The notes under the pieces are model-generated. The model was not told the origin of the DNA. It ran no database searches and saw nothing but the letters and a program-made list of their open reading frames with translations. A DNA stretch of 64,000 bases from Patescibacteria group bacterium (GTDB taxonomy: Bacteria; Patescibacteriota; Patescibacteriia; UBA2591; UBA6264). A program made the translations under genes and the position numbers. The stretch lies in NCBI GenBank assembly GCA_016784145.1, contig JADHVF010000002.1:112357-176356 (forward strand). Reading direction: 5' to 3'. Of this stretch, positions 38,315 through 48,219 are shown one piece after another (positions within the stretch are counted from its first letter, which is position 1; every line of letters begins with the position of its first letter).

Positions 38315-39340
38315 ATGACAAAAAAAAATACTAAAAAAAATGAGCAAAATAAAAGAGAAAAAGCAACTGAAAATGCCATTGAACAAATAAGGTCAAAATA
38401 TGGTGAAGGAACAATAATGAGATTAAGGGAGGCAAAGCATCAAGCAACCGAAGTTATTTCAACTGGTTGTCTTTCACTTGATTTAGCATTAGGAGTAGGT
38501 GGTATTCCCAGAGGAAGAGTGACAGAAATTTTTGGACAAGAGATGAGCGGCAAATCAACTTTAGCACTTCATATTATTTCGCAGGCACAGAAAAAAGGAG
38601 GAATAGCTGCTTTTATTGATGCAGAACATGCCTTAGATCCTCAATATGCAGAGAGAATAGGAGTTAAAATTAATGATATGTTTATTTCACAACCAGATAG
38701 TGGAGAGCAAGCTTTAGAAATAGTTGAAACGCTTGTTCGCTCAAACGGGGTAGATATTATTGTAGTTGATTCCGTGGCAGCTTTAACCCCTAGAAGAGAA
38801 ATAGAAGGAGAAATGGGAGACCATCATATTGGCTTACAAGCAAGATTAATGAGTCAGGGGTTAAGAAAATTAACTAGTATTATTGGTAGAACAAAAACGT
38901 GTGTAATTTTTATTAATCAAATTAGAATGAGAATAGGAGTATTTTTTGGTAATCCAGAAACAACCACCGGGGGTATGGCCTTAAAGTTTTATTCTTCAGT
39001 TAGAATACATGTTAAGAAATTAGCTCAAATTAAAAGAAAAGATGAAGTAATAGGAAATAGAGTTAGGGCTAAAATTGTTAAGAACAAAGTAGCCCCGCCG
39101 TTTAAAACTTGTGATTTTGAAATTATTTATAACGAAGGCATATCTTATGCAGGCGATTTAATTAATCTTGGAGCTACCCATGGGTTGGTTATTAAAACAG
39201 GGAATACATTAAGTTATGACAAAGCCAAACTTGGCGTTGGGTGGGAAAAAGCAAAGAATTTTTTAAGAGATAATCCTAAAACAGCTAATAAGCTTAAAAA
39301 AGAAATTTTAACAGAAATAAGCAAGCAAGCAACAGAGTAG
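38315..39340 (+). CDS. recA: Recombinase RecA
   Basis: [32 protein letters not shown], and fully conserved loops L1 and L2. Confidence 0.97.
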   Translation: MTKKNTKKNEQNKREKATENAIEQIRSKYGEGTIMRLREAKHQATEVISTGCLSLDLALGVGGIPRGRVTEIFGQEMSGKSTLALHIISQAQKKGGIAAFIDAEHALDPQYAERIGVKINDMFISQPDSGEQALEIVETLVRSNGVDIIVVDSVAALTPRREIEGEMGDHHIGLQARLMSQGLRKLTSIIGRTKTCVIFINQIRMRIGVFFGNPETTTGGMALKFYSSVRIHVKKLAQIKRKDEVIGNRVRAKIVKNKVAPPFKTCDFEIIYNEGISYAGDLINLGATHGLVIKTGNTLSYDKAKLGVGWEKAKNFLRDNPKTANKLKKEILTEISKQATE

Positions 39341-39499
39341 AGAAGCAAAAAAATAAAAACATAAAAGCATTAAAAAATAAAAACAAAGCGATTAAGATAC
39401 AAAATACAATAACCAAATAATAATCAAGACATAAGATGCTCTCTTGTGTTCTGTTTCGCAGAATTTCGGCGGGCATGGCAATAATCAAGCAATAATCAA

Positions 39500-39545
39500 A
39501 ATATAAAAACCAAACAAATATTTTTTTGTTTGGTTATTGGTTATT
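39500..39545. terminator. Bidirectional rho-independent terminator between the convergent recA and Wzz-like genes
   Basis: AACCAAACAAA-tatttt-TTTGTTTGGTT: an 11-bp perfect stem flanked by an A-tract 5' and a T-rich tract 3'. Confidence 0.5.
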
Positions 39546-39616
39546 GTTTGCTCTGCTTATCTTGTTTATAGAGTTTGCAAAGGAATTTGTTTGTATCTTA
39601 TTTCTTGGAATTTGAT

Positions 39617-40597
39617 TTATTCTTCTTCTTTTTTAAAATATTCAGATCCAAAGGCATAAAATATTCCTGCAAACAATCCTAGTATGCCTCCAATCATCAC
39701 ATTTTGCTGTTTTTTCGGGCTGATTGGTGTTTCGGGTAAACTTGCCTCTACTTCTACTTCAGTAGGCTTGACTTCATAATTCTTTTCATGTTGTTTTTGC
39801 TGAATATCTTGCTCCAAGCTGATAAGTTTTTGTTCTAGGGTTAATAATTGAGCTTCTTTGTTTTCTTTTTGGTTTTTAGCTCCGGCTAAAAGATTAATAT
39901 AGCTTTGAGCAATTCTACCTTGTCCATCAGAATAAGCATTATTTCTTTTGTTAATTTCTTCTTCATATTTTTTGATATCTTGATCTAATCTCTCTAAGTC
40001 GGCTGTTGTTTTAACTTTGTCTTTATCTATTTTAGCTTTATCTAACTCAATTACACGTAATTCAGTATCAAGTGTTTTAGCTGCTTGAGCAAACATGTTT
40101 TCATGATAGGTTAACAAAATATCAGTCACAACCTTAACAATACTAACAGCTTTAGTAGGCGTATTGCTTTTCCCAATTATTTGAATGAATTGTGATTCTT
40201 GTTTGCCTTGATTAGGGTTGGCTATTTCAATCATTGATTTAATGTCATTGGTTGTTGATTGTTCTGAAAAATCAGTTGATGCTTGTAATTTGGTTCTTAT
40301 TTGTTTCAAGACAGTGTCTGTATTAAAGACGGATTTAATGTCTTCAAACTCTTGCAAGGTGGCATAAGAAAATCCTTTTTCTTTAGAAAGATAATTTTTG
40401 TTTTTGCCAATTTTAACTAAATTGCTGGCTTGATAAATAGGCGAGAGCATAAAACTAATTACAATAGAGATAATAATAGCAATTAAAAATATGCTTATAA
40501 TCTCTTTTTTTCTTTTTATAATGACATTAACATAATCTCTTAAGTCAATTTCATCTTCATGATATTGATTGTCTTGATCTTGATTTTCCATATTCAT
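39617..40597 (-). CDS. Polysaccharide co-polymerase / chain-length determinant (Wzz-like, PCP family)
   Basis: N-terminal TM helix, a long coiled-coil periplasmic region, and a C-terminal Gly-rich TM (VMIGGILGLFAGIFYAFG). Confidence 0.55.
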   Translation of the reverse strand: MNMENQDQDNQYHEDEIDLRDYVNVIIKRKKEIISIFLIAIIISIVISFMLSPIYQASNLVKIGKNKNYLSKEKGFSYATLQEFEDIKSVFNTDTVLKQIRTKLQASTDFSEQSTTNDIKSMIEIANPNQGKQESQFIQIIGKSNTPTKAVSIVKVVTDILLTYHENMFAQAAKTLDTELRVIELDKAKIDKDKVKTTADLERLDQDIKKYEEEINKRNNAYSDGQGRIAQSYINLLAGAKNQKENKEAQLLTLEQKLISLEQDIQQKQHEKNYEVKPTEVEVEASLPETPISPKKQQNVMIGGILGLFAGIFYAFGSEYFKKEEE

Positions 40598-40645
40598 ATA
40601 TTCTTATTATATTTATTATTTCTCTGTTTGTCAATATGCTGTTTT

Positions 40646-42520
40646 TTATTTAATATCAAGCAATTCTTTCATTTTTTTAACATCCATGTCTGCTAATGAT
40701 TGCTTTAATTCTTGTATTAGTTCTTTTATTTTAGTTTCATTAACTTTTTCAAGATGAGAAATAAATATTTTTTCATGCTTGGTTGGCTTTTCTTTGTCAA
40801 TCAGGATTTCTTCAAAAAGTTTTTCCCCCTGTCTAATCCCGCTATAAATAACAGGGATATCAATATCCGGTTCATAGCCAGCTAATTTAATCATTTCTTT
40901 GGCCAAATCAACAATTTTAATGGCTTGTCCCATGTCTAGTACAAAAACTTCACCACCTTGTCCAATTGCGCCTGACTGCATTATTAATAGACAAGCTTCA
41001 GCAGTAACCATAAAATATCTTTTCATCTCAGGATGAGTTACTTCAACTGGCCCACCTGTTTTGATTTGATTTTCAAATATTTTAACAACATTCCCTTGAG
41101 AGTCAAGAACATTTCCAAAGCGAACAGCAGAAAATTTTGTTTGGTTTTTGCTATTTAAACAGACACATATCATTTCACATATTCTTTTACTAGCTCCCAT
41201 TACAGAGGTTGGATTAATTGCTTTGTCAGTAGAAACCATTACAAATTTTTCAATTTTATTTTTAATAGAAGCTTGACCAACAGTTAAAGTACCAAAAATA
41301 TTATTTTTAATAGCTTCGTCCGGGTTTGATTCCATCATTGGTACATGTTTGTAGGCAGCTGCATGAAATACTATCTCTGGTTGATGTTTTTTAAATACAT
41401 TGTTAATTTTATTTTTATCACAAATATCAGCAATAATAAATATTTTACTGGCATCAGGGAATAATCTGTTTAATTTTTTTTCTAAATAAAATATAGCTGT
41501 TTCTCTTTGGTCTAAAGCTATTATTTTTTTAGGAGCAAATTTAATAATTTCTTCACATAACTGAGAGCCAATCGAACCAGCTGCTCCTGTTATTAAAATA
41601 GTTTTGTTGTTGATATAAGATTGGATTGCTTGAGTATCAATTTTTACTGGTTGACGTCCTAACAGGTCTTCAATAGAGATTTCTCTCAAATCTTTTAAGC
41701 TAATCTTTTCATCTAAAATTTCAGCCGTGCTAGGCAAGATTTTAATTTTTTGAATGCCTGCTTCGCGGCTAAGATTAACAGTATTTTTAATTATTTTTTT
41801 AGAAGCAGATGGCAAAGCAATTATTATCTCTTTTATTTGATGTTTTTTAATAATAACAGGTATATTTTTAATTCTTCCCAAAACTTTTATGCCATGAATT
41901 AATATATTTTGTTTCATGTGGTTGTCGTCAACAAATCCAACTGGCAGATAGGGGGTATTACCAGAAACAGTAATATGACGGGCTAATTGTTCGCCAGCTT
42001 CTCCAGCTCCGACAATAAGAACACGCTTCCCATTTTTTTTATTATTTGTCACCCCATTTTTAAATAAATGAGCATAAACTCTTTTAGCAAACCTAAATCC
42101 GCCAGTAGTTAGCAGACATAAAAACCCAGACACAAAGATAATTGAACGGGGAAAGCCGGTAAAGATTGTTTTGTCTCTAAAAATAAATAAAATGGCTCCA
42201 ATTGTTAAAAAGCCAATCATTACTGCTCTGAATAATTTTAATAATTCTCTAATGCTTATAAATGACCATGAAATAGAATAAAGTTTTTCCAGCGAAAATA
42301 AAAAAAGAATTATAGGCAAGCTCATGGCCACAAACCCTTTAATCATGGTATAATATTCAATAGGAATTTTTCCATCAAATCGTAATAAAAATCCTAAATA
42401 ACAAGCTAAAGAAATTAGAATAATATCAGTTACAACAAAAAAAATAGTTCTTTTTAAAGTTGTTCTTTCCCAAATTTTATCTTTTATTGTCATAAAATTT
42501 TTGAATTGATTTAATAACAT
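40646..42520 (-). CDS. Membrane-bound UDP-sugar 4,6-dehydratase/epimerase (CapD/PglF/WbpM family)
   Basis: N-terminal TM helices, two Rossmann folds (VLIVGAGEAGEQL, ILITGAAGSIGSQLCEEI), and SDR catalytic residues. The probable start is the Met at 42493. Confidence 0.85.
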   Translation of the reverse strand: MLLNQFKNFMTIKDKIWERTTLKRTIFFVVTDIILISLACYLGFLLRFDGKIPIEYYTMIKGFVAMSLPIILFLFSLEKLYSISWSFISIRELLKLFRAVMIGFLTIGAILFIFRDKTIFTGFPRSIIFVSGFLCLLTTGGFRFAKRVYAHLFKNGVTNNKKNGKRVLIVGAGEAGEQLARHITVSGNTPYLPVGFVDDNHMKQNILIHGIKVLGRIKNIPVIIKKHQIKEIIIALPSASKKIIKNTVNLSREAGIQKIKILPSTAEILDEKISLKDLREISIEDLLGRQPVKIDTQAIQSYINNKTILITGAAGSIGSQLCEEIIKFAPKKIIALDQRETAIFYLEKKLNRLFPDASKIFIIADICDKNKINNVFKKHQPEIVFHAAAYKHVPMMESNPDEAIKNNIFGTLTVGQASIKNKIEKFVMVSTDKAINPTSVMGASKRICEMICVCLNSKNQTKFSAVRFGNVLDSQGNVVKIFENQIKTGGPVEVTHPEMKRYFMVTAEACLLIMQSGAIGQGGEVFVLDMGQAIKIVDLAKEMIKLAGYEPDIDIPVIYSGIRQGEKLFEEILIDKEKPTKHEKIFISHLEKVNETKIKELIQELKQSLADMDVKKMKELLDIK

Positions 42521-43601
42521 ATTTCACTTGAGAAATAGTTAATTCTGGATACATTGGCAAAGACAATACTTGTTTACATATTTCTTCTGTTTTTGATAAA
42601 TATATCTTGTTTGGCATTAAAATAGGCTCTTTGTAAGTAGGGGCTGGCCAGGAAATCAATGTTTCTATTTTGGCTTCTTTGTCCAGATATTTTTTTAATT
42701 TGTCTCTATTAGTTGATTGAATAACATAATTTTGCCAGACATCAAAAAATTTTGAATCTTCAAAATTAGGAGTATTTATTTCTGAAATATCTTTTAATCC
42801 ATCATTATATAGTTTGGCAATTTGTTGTCGTTTTTTTATCCATGTTGGCAGATATTTTAATTTAATATCCAGTAATCCTGCTTGAACATTGTCTAATAAG
42901 GCAGTATAGCCATGAAAGTAAAACTTTCTGTTTTGTCTATCTTCGCCATTATAGCGTAATAGACGTATTTTCCTAGCGATTTTATCGTCATTGGTTGTAA
43001 CCATACCAGCATCACCAAATGCCCCGAGCATTTTAAATGGATACATTGAAAAGCAGCCTGTTATTCCGAATGTGCCAGCTTTTTTCCATTTATTTTTAAT
43101 TTTCATTTTAGCTCCAATTGCTTGGGCAGCATCTTCGACAACTATTAAATTATATTGCTTAGCAATTTTCATTATTTTTTCCATATCACACATCCTTCCA
43201 TTTAAATGGACAGGCAGAATAGCTTTTGTTTGTTTTGTTATGTTCTTGACTATTAAATCAGTATTCATATTGAAATCTTCGCCAACATCAATAAGTTTTG
43301 CTTCAGCATTTTGATGATAAATACAAGAAATACTAGCCATAAAAGTATGTCCAACAGTAATTACTTTGTCTTGCTTTTTTAGTCCAACTGCTTCCAGGGA
43401 AAGGGTTAGTGCATCTGTTCCAGAATTAACACCAATAGCATGCTTAACACCAATATATTTAGCAAAGTTTTTTTCAAATTTGACTAAATCTTGTCTCATA
43501 ATTAAATCTCCTCTTGAGAAAATATCATCAATTTTCTTAAGAAATTTTTTGCGATGGTCTTTGTATTGTTTTTCAGGATTAACAAATCGTACTTTATACA
43601 T
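42477..43601 (-). CDS. DegT/DnrJ/EryC1/StrS-family PLP-dependent sugar aminotransferase
   Basis: Family-typical N-terminus ...GVKHAIGVNSGTDALTLSL and the Lys-containing motif; 374 aa. Confidence 0.88.
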   Translation of the reverse strand: MYKVRFVNPEKQYKDHRKKFLKKIDDIFSRGDLIMRQDLVKFEKNFAKYIGVKHAIGVNSGTDALTLSLEAVGLKKQDKVITVGHTFMASISCIYHQNAEAKLIDVGEDFNMNTDLIVKNITKQTKAILPVHLNGRMCDMEKIMKIAKQYNLIVVEDAAQAIGAKMKIKNKWKKAGTFGITGCFSMYPFKMLGAFGDAGMVTTNDDKIARKIRLLRYNGEDRQNRKFYFHGYTALLDNVQAGLLDIKLKYLPTWIKKRQQIAKLYNDGLKDISEINTPNFEDSKFFDVWQNYVIQSTNRDKLKKYLDKEAKIETLISWPAPTYKEPILMPNKIYLSKTEEICKQVLSLPMYPELTISQVKYVIKSIQKFYDNKR

Positions 43602-43603
43602 AA

Positions 43604-44602
43604 TTATTTTAATAATTGTTTTACTTTTTTAATAATATCTTTGTAGGTTGTGTAATATTTCTTTTCAAGAGGGGCACTGGTTGGGGCAGGAGAATCAGGC
43701 AAGCAGACTCTTTTGATTGGTTTTTTTAGATACTTGAATCCTTTATCAGCAACCAAAGCAGAAATCTCTCCAGCAACTCCGCCAGTAAGCCAGGCTGCCT
43801 CAGCAATAATTAATTTCCCTGTTTTTTTAATAGAATTAATAATAATTGGGAGGTCTATTGGTTTAACAGTTCTGATATCAATTATTTCAGCATCAATTTT
43901 ATATTTTTTTAATTCTTCGCCTGCTTTTATGGCTTCATTGGCCATATACGATATTCCAACAATTGTGATATCTTTGCCTTTTTTTCTTATTACCCCTTTT
44001 CCAATTGGAACAGAGTATATTTTTTTTGGAACATTTTCTTTCAGTCCATAAAGCCATCTATCATCAATATATACTACAGGATTATTTGATTTAATGGCTG
44101 ATATCATTAATCCTTTAGCATCATATGGAGTAGCTGGCATTACAACTTGTAGTCCAGGAATATGAGCAAATAAAGATTGGAGTGCTTGAGAATGTTGGGC
44201 TCCTTGTTCACCTCCACGATTAATAATAGGCCAAATTACAACTGATGCGGTTGATTGTCCACCAAAAATATAGTCCCAATTAGCCGCTTGGTTTATTATT
44301 GGGTCTAATCCATAAATCATAAAATCCATTCTTGGATGAACTACAATTGGTCTCATGCCAGCAATACTTGCTCCAATGCCAGCTCCAGTAATAGCATTTT
44401 CAGAAACAGGTGTATCAATTACTCGTTCTTCTCCGTATTTTTCTAATAACCCATTACAAGTATTTCCAACATACCAGGGGCTTTTAACTCCTTGTCCAAT
44501 TAAAAAGACAGATTTGTCTTGACCCATTGCCTGATGGATTGCTTCATTAATTGCCAAACTATAAGTTAATAATCTTTGGTTTTTTTTATTTTTCATATAC
44601 AT
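43604..44602 (-). CDS. Thiamine-diphosphate-dependent 2-oxoacid dehydrogenase E1 beta-like subunit (transketolase pyrimidine-binding plus C-terminal domains)
   Basis: Transket_pyr motifs (VFLIGQGV, GIGASIAGMRPIVV) and a C-terminal transketolase_C fold. It is adjacent to an E1 alpha-like gene. Confidence 0.8.
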   Translation of the reverse strand: MYMKNKKNQRLLTYSLAINEAIHQAMGQDKSVFLIGQGVKSPWYVGNTCNGLLEKYGEERVIDTPVSENAITGAGIGASIAGMRPIVVHPRMDFMIYGLDPIINQAANWDYIFGGQSTASVVIWPIINRGGEQGAQHSQALQSLFAHIPGLQVVMPATPYDAKGLMISAIKSNNPVVYIDDRWLYGLKENVPKKIYSVPIGKGVIRKKGKDITIVGISYMANEAIKAGEELKKYKIDAEIIDIRTVKPIDLPIIINSIKKTGKLIIAEAAWLTGGVAGEISALVADKGFKYLKKPIKRVCLPDSPAPTSAPLEKKYYTTYKDIIKKVKQLLK

Positions 44603-45563
44603 GTTTTAATAATTCTCCTTGTTTTGGAAAATCACTTTTAAGTGTTAATTTATATGCTTTAATAATTTTTGAATTTAATTTTTTATATATATTGTTAATT
44701 GTTTGTTTGTTTAAAATATTTTTTTTCATTAATATTTTCTCAAAATTTTTAATTGGATCTTTTTTAGCCCATTTAATAACTTCTTTATTTGGTCTAATAT
44801 CAGTGTGTTCTCCTTGGATATTGTCATCAGGGCCAACATGTCCTCTCATTCGATATGTTAAGCACTCAATAAAAGAAGGCCCTTGGTTATTTTTGGCATA
44901 CTTTACCATGGTTTTAGTTGTGTTATAAACTTTTAAGACATCATTCCCTTGTACTTGTTTGGAAGGCATGTTATATGACTTGGCAAATTCATAGATTTTA
45001 GTATTAGCCAGACAATCTTTTATTGGCATGTGAGTTGAATATAGGTTATTTTCACAAACAAAAATAATTGGCAATTTTTTTAAAGAAGCAAAGTTTAATG
45101 ATTCATGTAAGACTCCTTCATCAACTGCTCCGTCGCCAAAAAAACTAATTGTTACTTTTTTGTCTTTGTTTATTTTTGATGATAAAGCTGCACCCAAAGC
45201 AAGCGAAATTGTAGCAGCTACCAACGGAACTGTTCCTAATAATCCGTGCTGGTTGTCAATTATATGCATTGACCCTCCTCTTCCTTTTGCACAGCCATCT
45301 TTTTTTCCAAAAATTTCAAGCATTAATTTATCAATGCTTCCTCCTTTGGCCAGATAATGTCCATGAGACCGATGATTTCCAAGAATATAATCATTGTCTG
45401 TTAAAGCAGCACAAACGCCAACAGCAACTGCTTCTTGTCCTGTATATAAATGGCAGGGAGTTTTAATTTCGCCTCTTAGAATTGGATCAACTAGACTTTC
45501 TTCAAACAACCTTATTTCTACCATTTTTTTATATAATTTTAATAAAAATTTTTTGTTTTCCAT
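44586..45563 (-). CDS. Thiamine-diphosphate-dependent 2-oxoacid dehydrogenase E1 alpha-like subunit
   Basis: E1_dh motifs GQEAVAVG, NHRSHGH, FFGDGAVDEG...LPIIFVCENNLYS (ThDP-binding GDG...N). Confidence 0.82.
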   Translation of the reverse strand: MENKKFLLKLYKKMVEIRLFEESLVDPILRGEIKTPCHLYTGQEAVAVGVCAALTDNDYILGNHRSHGHYLAKGGSIDKLMLEIFGKKDGCAKGRGGSMHIIDNQHGLLGTVPLVAATISLALGAALSSKINKDKKVTISFFGDGAVDEGVLHESLNFASLKKLPIIFVCENNLYSTHMPIKDCLANTKIYEFAKSYNMPSKQVQGNDVLKVYNTTKTMVKYAKNNQGPSFIECLTYRMRGHVGPDDNIQGEHTDIRPNKEVIKWAKKDPIKNFEKILMKKNILNKQTINNIYKKLNSKIIKAYKLTLKSDFPKQGELLKHVYEK

Positions 45564-45564
45564 A

Positions 45565-46158
45565 TTAATTTTTGATAATTTTTTTAATTGTTTTGAAAAT
45601 TATTTTTAAATCATTTAAAAATGACATTTGTTTGACATATTTTATTTGTAGTTTAACTTTTTTTGGTCTTATTTCTTCTAAATAAGTTTTTTCAGGGTCA
45701 TGGCTATTTTTTAAGATTTCTCCTTCATTAGAATTCCATAATGATGCCAAGTCAGTTATTCCTGGTCTTATATTAAAGATAATTTGTTCGTCCTCTTTAT
45801 ATAGTTTAGCATATTCAGGCACTTCTGGTCTAGGGCCAACCAAGCTCATTTCTCCCTTAATTACATTAAATAACTGAGGAAGTTCATCAATTTTGTATTT
45901 TCTTAAAAATTTTCCTGTTTTAGTTAATCGTATGTCATTATTAGGAGTCGAAGGCCCTCCTATTTTATTAGCATTTAAAACCATTGTACGAAACTTATAA
46001 ACATTAAATGGTTTTTTATTTTTACCAATACGAATTCCTTTATAAATAACAGGGCCATTAGATGTTATTTTTATTAGCATTGTAATGATAATAAAAACAG
46101 GGGATAGAATAATTATCCCTATTAAGGAAAAACAAATATCAAAAATTCGTTTAATCAT
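45565..46158 (-). CDS. Small monotopic phosphoglycosyl transferase (Bac_transf family, PglC/WbaP C-domain-like); probably the initiating sugar-1-P transferase
   Basis: N-terminal re-entrant helix and the conserved MSLVGPRPE / ...RPG.T motifs. Confidence 0.85.
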   Translation of the reverse strand: MIKRIFDICFSLIGIIILSPVFIIITMLIKITSNGPVIYKGIRIGKNKKPFNVYKFRTMVLNANKIGGPSTPNNDIRLTKTGKFLRKYKIDELPQLFNVIKGEMSLVGPRPEVPEYAKLYKEDEQIIFNIRPGITDLASLWNSNEGEILKNSHDPEKTYLEEIRPKKVKLQIKYVKQMSFLNDLKIIFKTIKKIIKN

Positions 46159-46934
46159 TTTTTTGAAAAAATAAAGACAATCTTAAAAGCATATTTTTTA
46201 ATCCAGTTATTTTTTAATAATATATAATCTATTTTATCTAAAAATTTGAATATTTTTTTCCCTATTAAAAAATTTCTAAATGGGAACAAAAACATTGCTA
46301 ATAAATGAAAATAAGATATTTTTTCTATATTAAAATATTTTTTAGCAAATTTTAAATCTTTGTCTTTAATAATATGCTCCACTGCCCACTTGGTTCTAAT
46401 TCCTCTTTTTTTATTTAGCCATCGCTTTATATTTATTAAGGGGTTATGTCCAAAGGTTTCTATGCCAATTAATTTTCCATTTGATTTTAAGATTCTATTT
46501 AATTCAGGGAATGCTTTTTTTATATTAAGAGAAGAAAATGTCCCTCCATCCCATATAATATCAAAATAATTATCAGGAAATTCAGTCTTTTCGCAATCTC
46601 CTTTAATAAATTTTATTTTGTGGTTTATTTTTTCTTGTTCGGCTCTTTTTTTTGCGATTTGTAATGATTTGTTTGATAAATCAATACCATAAACTTTTGC
46701 TCCTAATTTTGCCAGCAAAATAGAATGCATGCCATGCCCACAACCATAATCTAAGATTTTCATATTAGAAGTGATATTTTGTTTCAACCAGTTTTTACAA
46801 AAATTATAACTTAAAAGCATGTTAATATTATAATTTTCAATATCTTTGTCCCAGTTATTTTTATTTTTTTTCTTGATCCATCTTTCAGATAATTTTTCAT
46901 AGTGAGAAATTTCCTCTTTTTTTCTTTGTTTCAT
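46155..46934 (-). CDS. Class I SAM-dependent methyltransferase (paralog A)
   Basis: SAM motif ILDYGCGHG...GAKVYGIDLS. The C-terminal half is paralogous to the ORF at 48220-49002 (shared EFPDNYFDII, RTKW..H...K). Confidence 0.8.
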   Translation of the reverse strand: MKQRKKEEISHYEKLSERWIKKKNKNNWDKDIENYNINMLLSYNFCKNWLKQNITSNMKILDYGCGHGMHSILLAKLGAKVYGIDLSNKSLQIAKKRAEQEKINHKIKFIKGDCEKTEFPDNYFDIIWDGGTFSSLNIKKAFPELNRILKSNGKLIGIETFGHNPLINIKRWLNKKRGIRTKWAVEHIIKDKDLKFAKKYFNIEKISYFHLLAMFLFPFRNFLIGKKIFKFLDKIDYILLKNNWIKKYAFKIVFIFSKK

Positions 46935-46938
46935 TTTT

Positions 46939-48210
46939 TTATAACTTATATGCTTCTTTTTTCCATTGAATAGCCCATTTTTTTAATCTTTGAAATCCTT
47001 TTTTTATATCTTTTGCTTCTCCGGCAAAAGAAAATCTTAAATGTCCTTCACCACTTGGCCCAAAGGCTGCTCCAGGGATAGTAATAATATGGGCTTGCTT
47101 TAAGATTTTTAAACTTAACTTAAATGAATCAACTTTAGGTATTTTTATCTTGACCAAAATATAGTAAGCCCCCATTGGTGGTTGGTATTCAAAAATATCC
47201 GAGAGATTGTCTAACTCAGAGCACATTAAATTTCTATTAAAAGACATTTTTTTGGTTAATTCTTTAATTGTTTTGGCTGATTGGTCCTTGTTTTTAAGGG
47301 CAGTTATTATTGCTTTTTGAGAAATAGCTGGCGCACAAATAGTCAGAGCATCATGTACTTTAAGCATGTGGTCAATAATCCCTTCATCAGCAAAAGTATA
47401 CCCAATTCTGTATCCAGTTACTCTGTATTTTTTAGAAAAACTACCGCAAAGAATAATTTGATTTCTTATATTAGGAATAGAAGCAGGTGATATATGTTTG
47501 ATATTGTCATAAATAAGGAAATCATAAGTTTCGTCAGTAATTAATATTAAGTTGTGTTTTTTAACAAATTTAGATAATTCTATTATTTCTTTTTTTGAAA
47601 AAACTTTTCCTGTAGGATTAGATGGATGACTGAGAATAATTGCTTTTGTTTTTTTGCTTATTTTTTTTTCACATTTTTTTATGTTTAATGCCCAATTTTT
47701 CTTTTCGTCTAAAAAAACAAATTTAGGGATGCCATTAAACTGTATTATTTGTTCAATATGAGATGCAAAAGCAGGGGAGATAACCAATACTTCATCGCCA
47801 GGATCTATAATTGTGGCTAATGCGCAAGCTAATCCTTCTTGTGCTCCAGTAGAAATCATTATCTCTTTTTTTGCCTTGATATTGGTTATTTTTTTTTCTT
47901 TTTTTAAAAAATTAGCCACCAGTTCCCTTAATTCAGTGATGCCTGGCTCAAGAGTATAAAAAGCAGTTGTTTTTTTATCTAAAGATTTTTTAATTCCTTG
48001 TTTTATATAATCAGGAGTATCTAAATGGGGGATACCTTGTCCAAAAGAGATAATTTTATTTTGCCCAATTTTTTCTTCTATTTGGTCTGCCAAAATAGAC
48101 ATTTCTTTAATAGGGGAAATAACTATTTTTTGTACTCTTTTTGAAATATTTTTAGTCCTAAATTTTTTTCCAGCTATTGCAATTGCTGAGCGAGATTGTT
48201 TCTTTTTCAT
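46939..48210 (-). CDS. Class I/II (fold-type I) PLP-dependent aminotransferase
   Basis: HPSNPTG, SFSKKY..TGYRIGY (PLP-binding Lys); 423 aa. Confidence 0.8.
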   Translation of the reverse strand: MKKKQSRSAIAIAGKKFRTKNISKRVQKIVISPIKEMSILADQIEEKIGQNKIISFGQGIPHLDTPDYIKQGIKKSLDKKTTAFYTLEPGITELRELVANFLKKEKKITNIKAKKEIMISTGAQEGLACALATIIDPGDEVLVISPAFASHIEQIIQFNGIPKFVFLDEKKNWALNIKKCEKKISKKTKAIILSHPSNPTGKVFSKKEIIELSKFVKKHNLILITDETYDFLIYDNIKHISPASIPNIRNQIILCGSFSKKYRVTGYRIGYTFADEGIIDHMLKVHDALTICAPAISQKAIITALKNKDQSAKTIKELTKKMSFNRNLMCSELDNLSDIFEYQPPMGAYYILVKIKIPKVDSFKLSLKILKQAHIITIPGAAFGPSGEGHLRFSFAGEAKDIKKGFQRLKKWAIQWKKEAYKL

Positions 48211-48219
48211 ATTATTTTT

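Noticed and set aside
39436-39480. GC-rich 45-nt island as a tRNA fragment.
   Set aside because: It is too short, and it lacks the acceptor/T-arm complementarity and the GTTC-type T-loop. It is kept only as a low-priority sRNA candidate in the findings.
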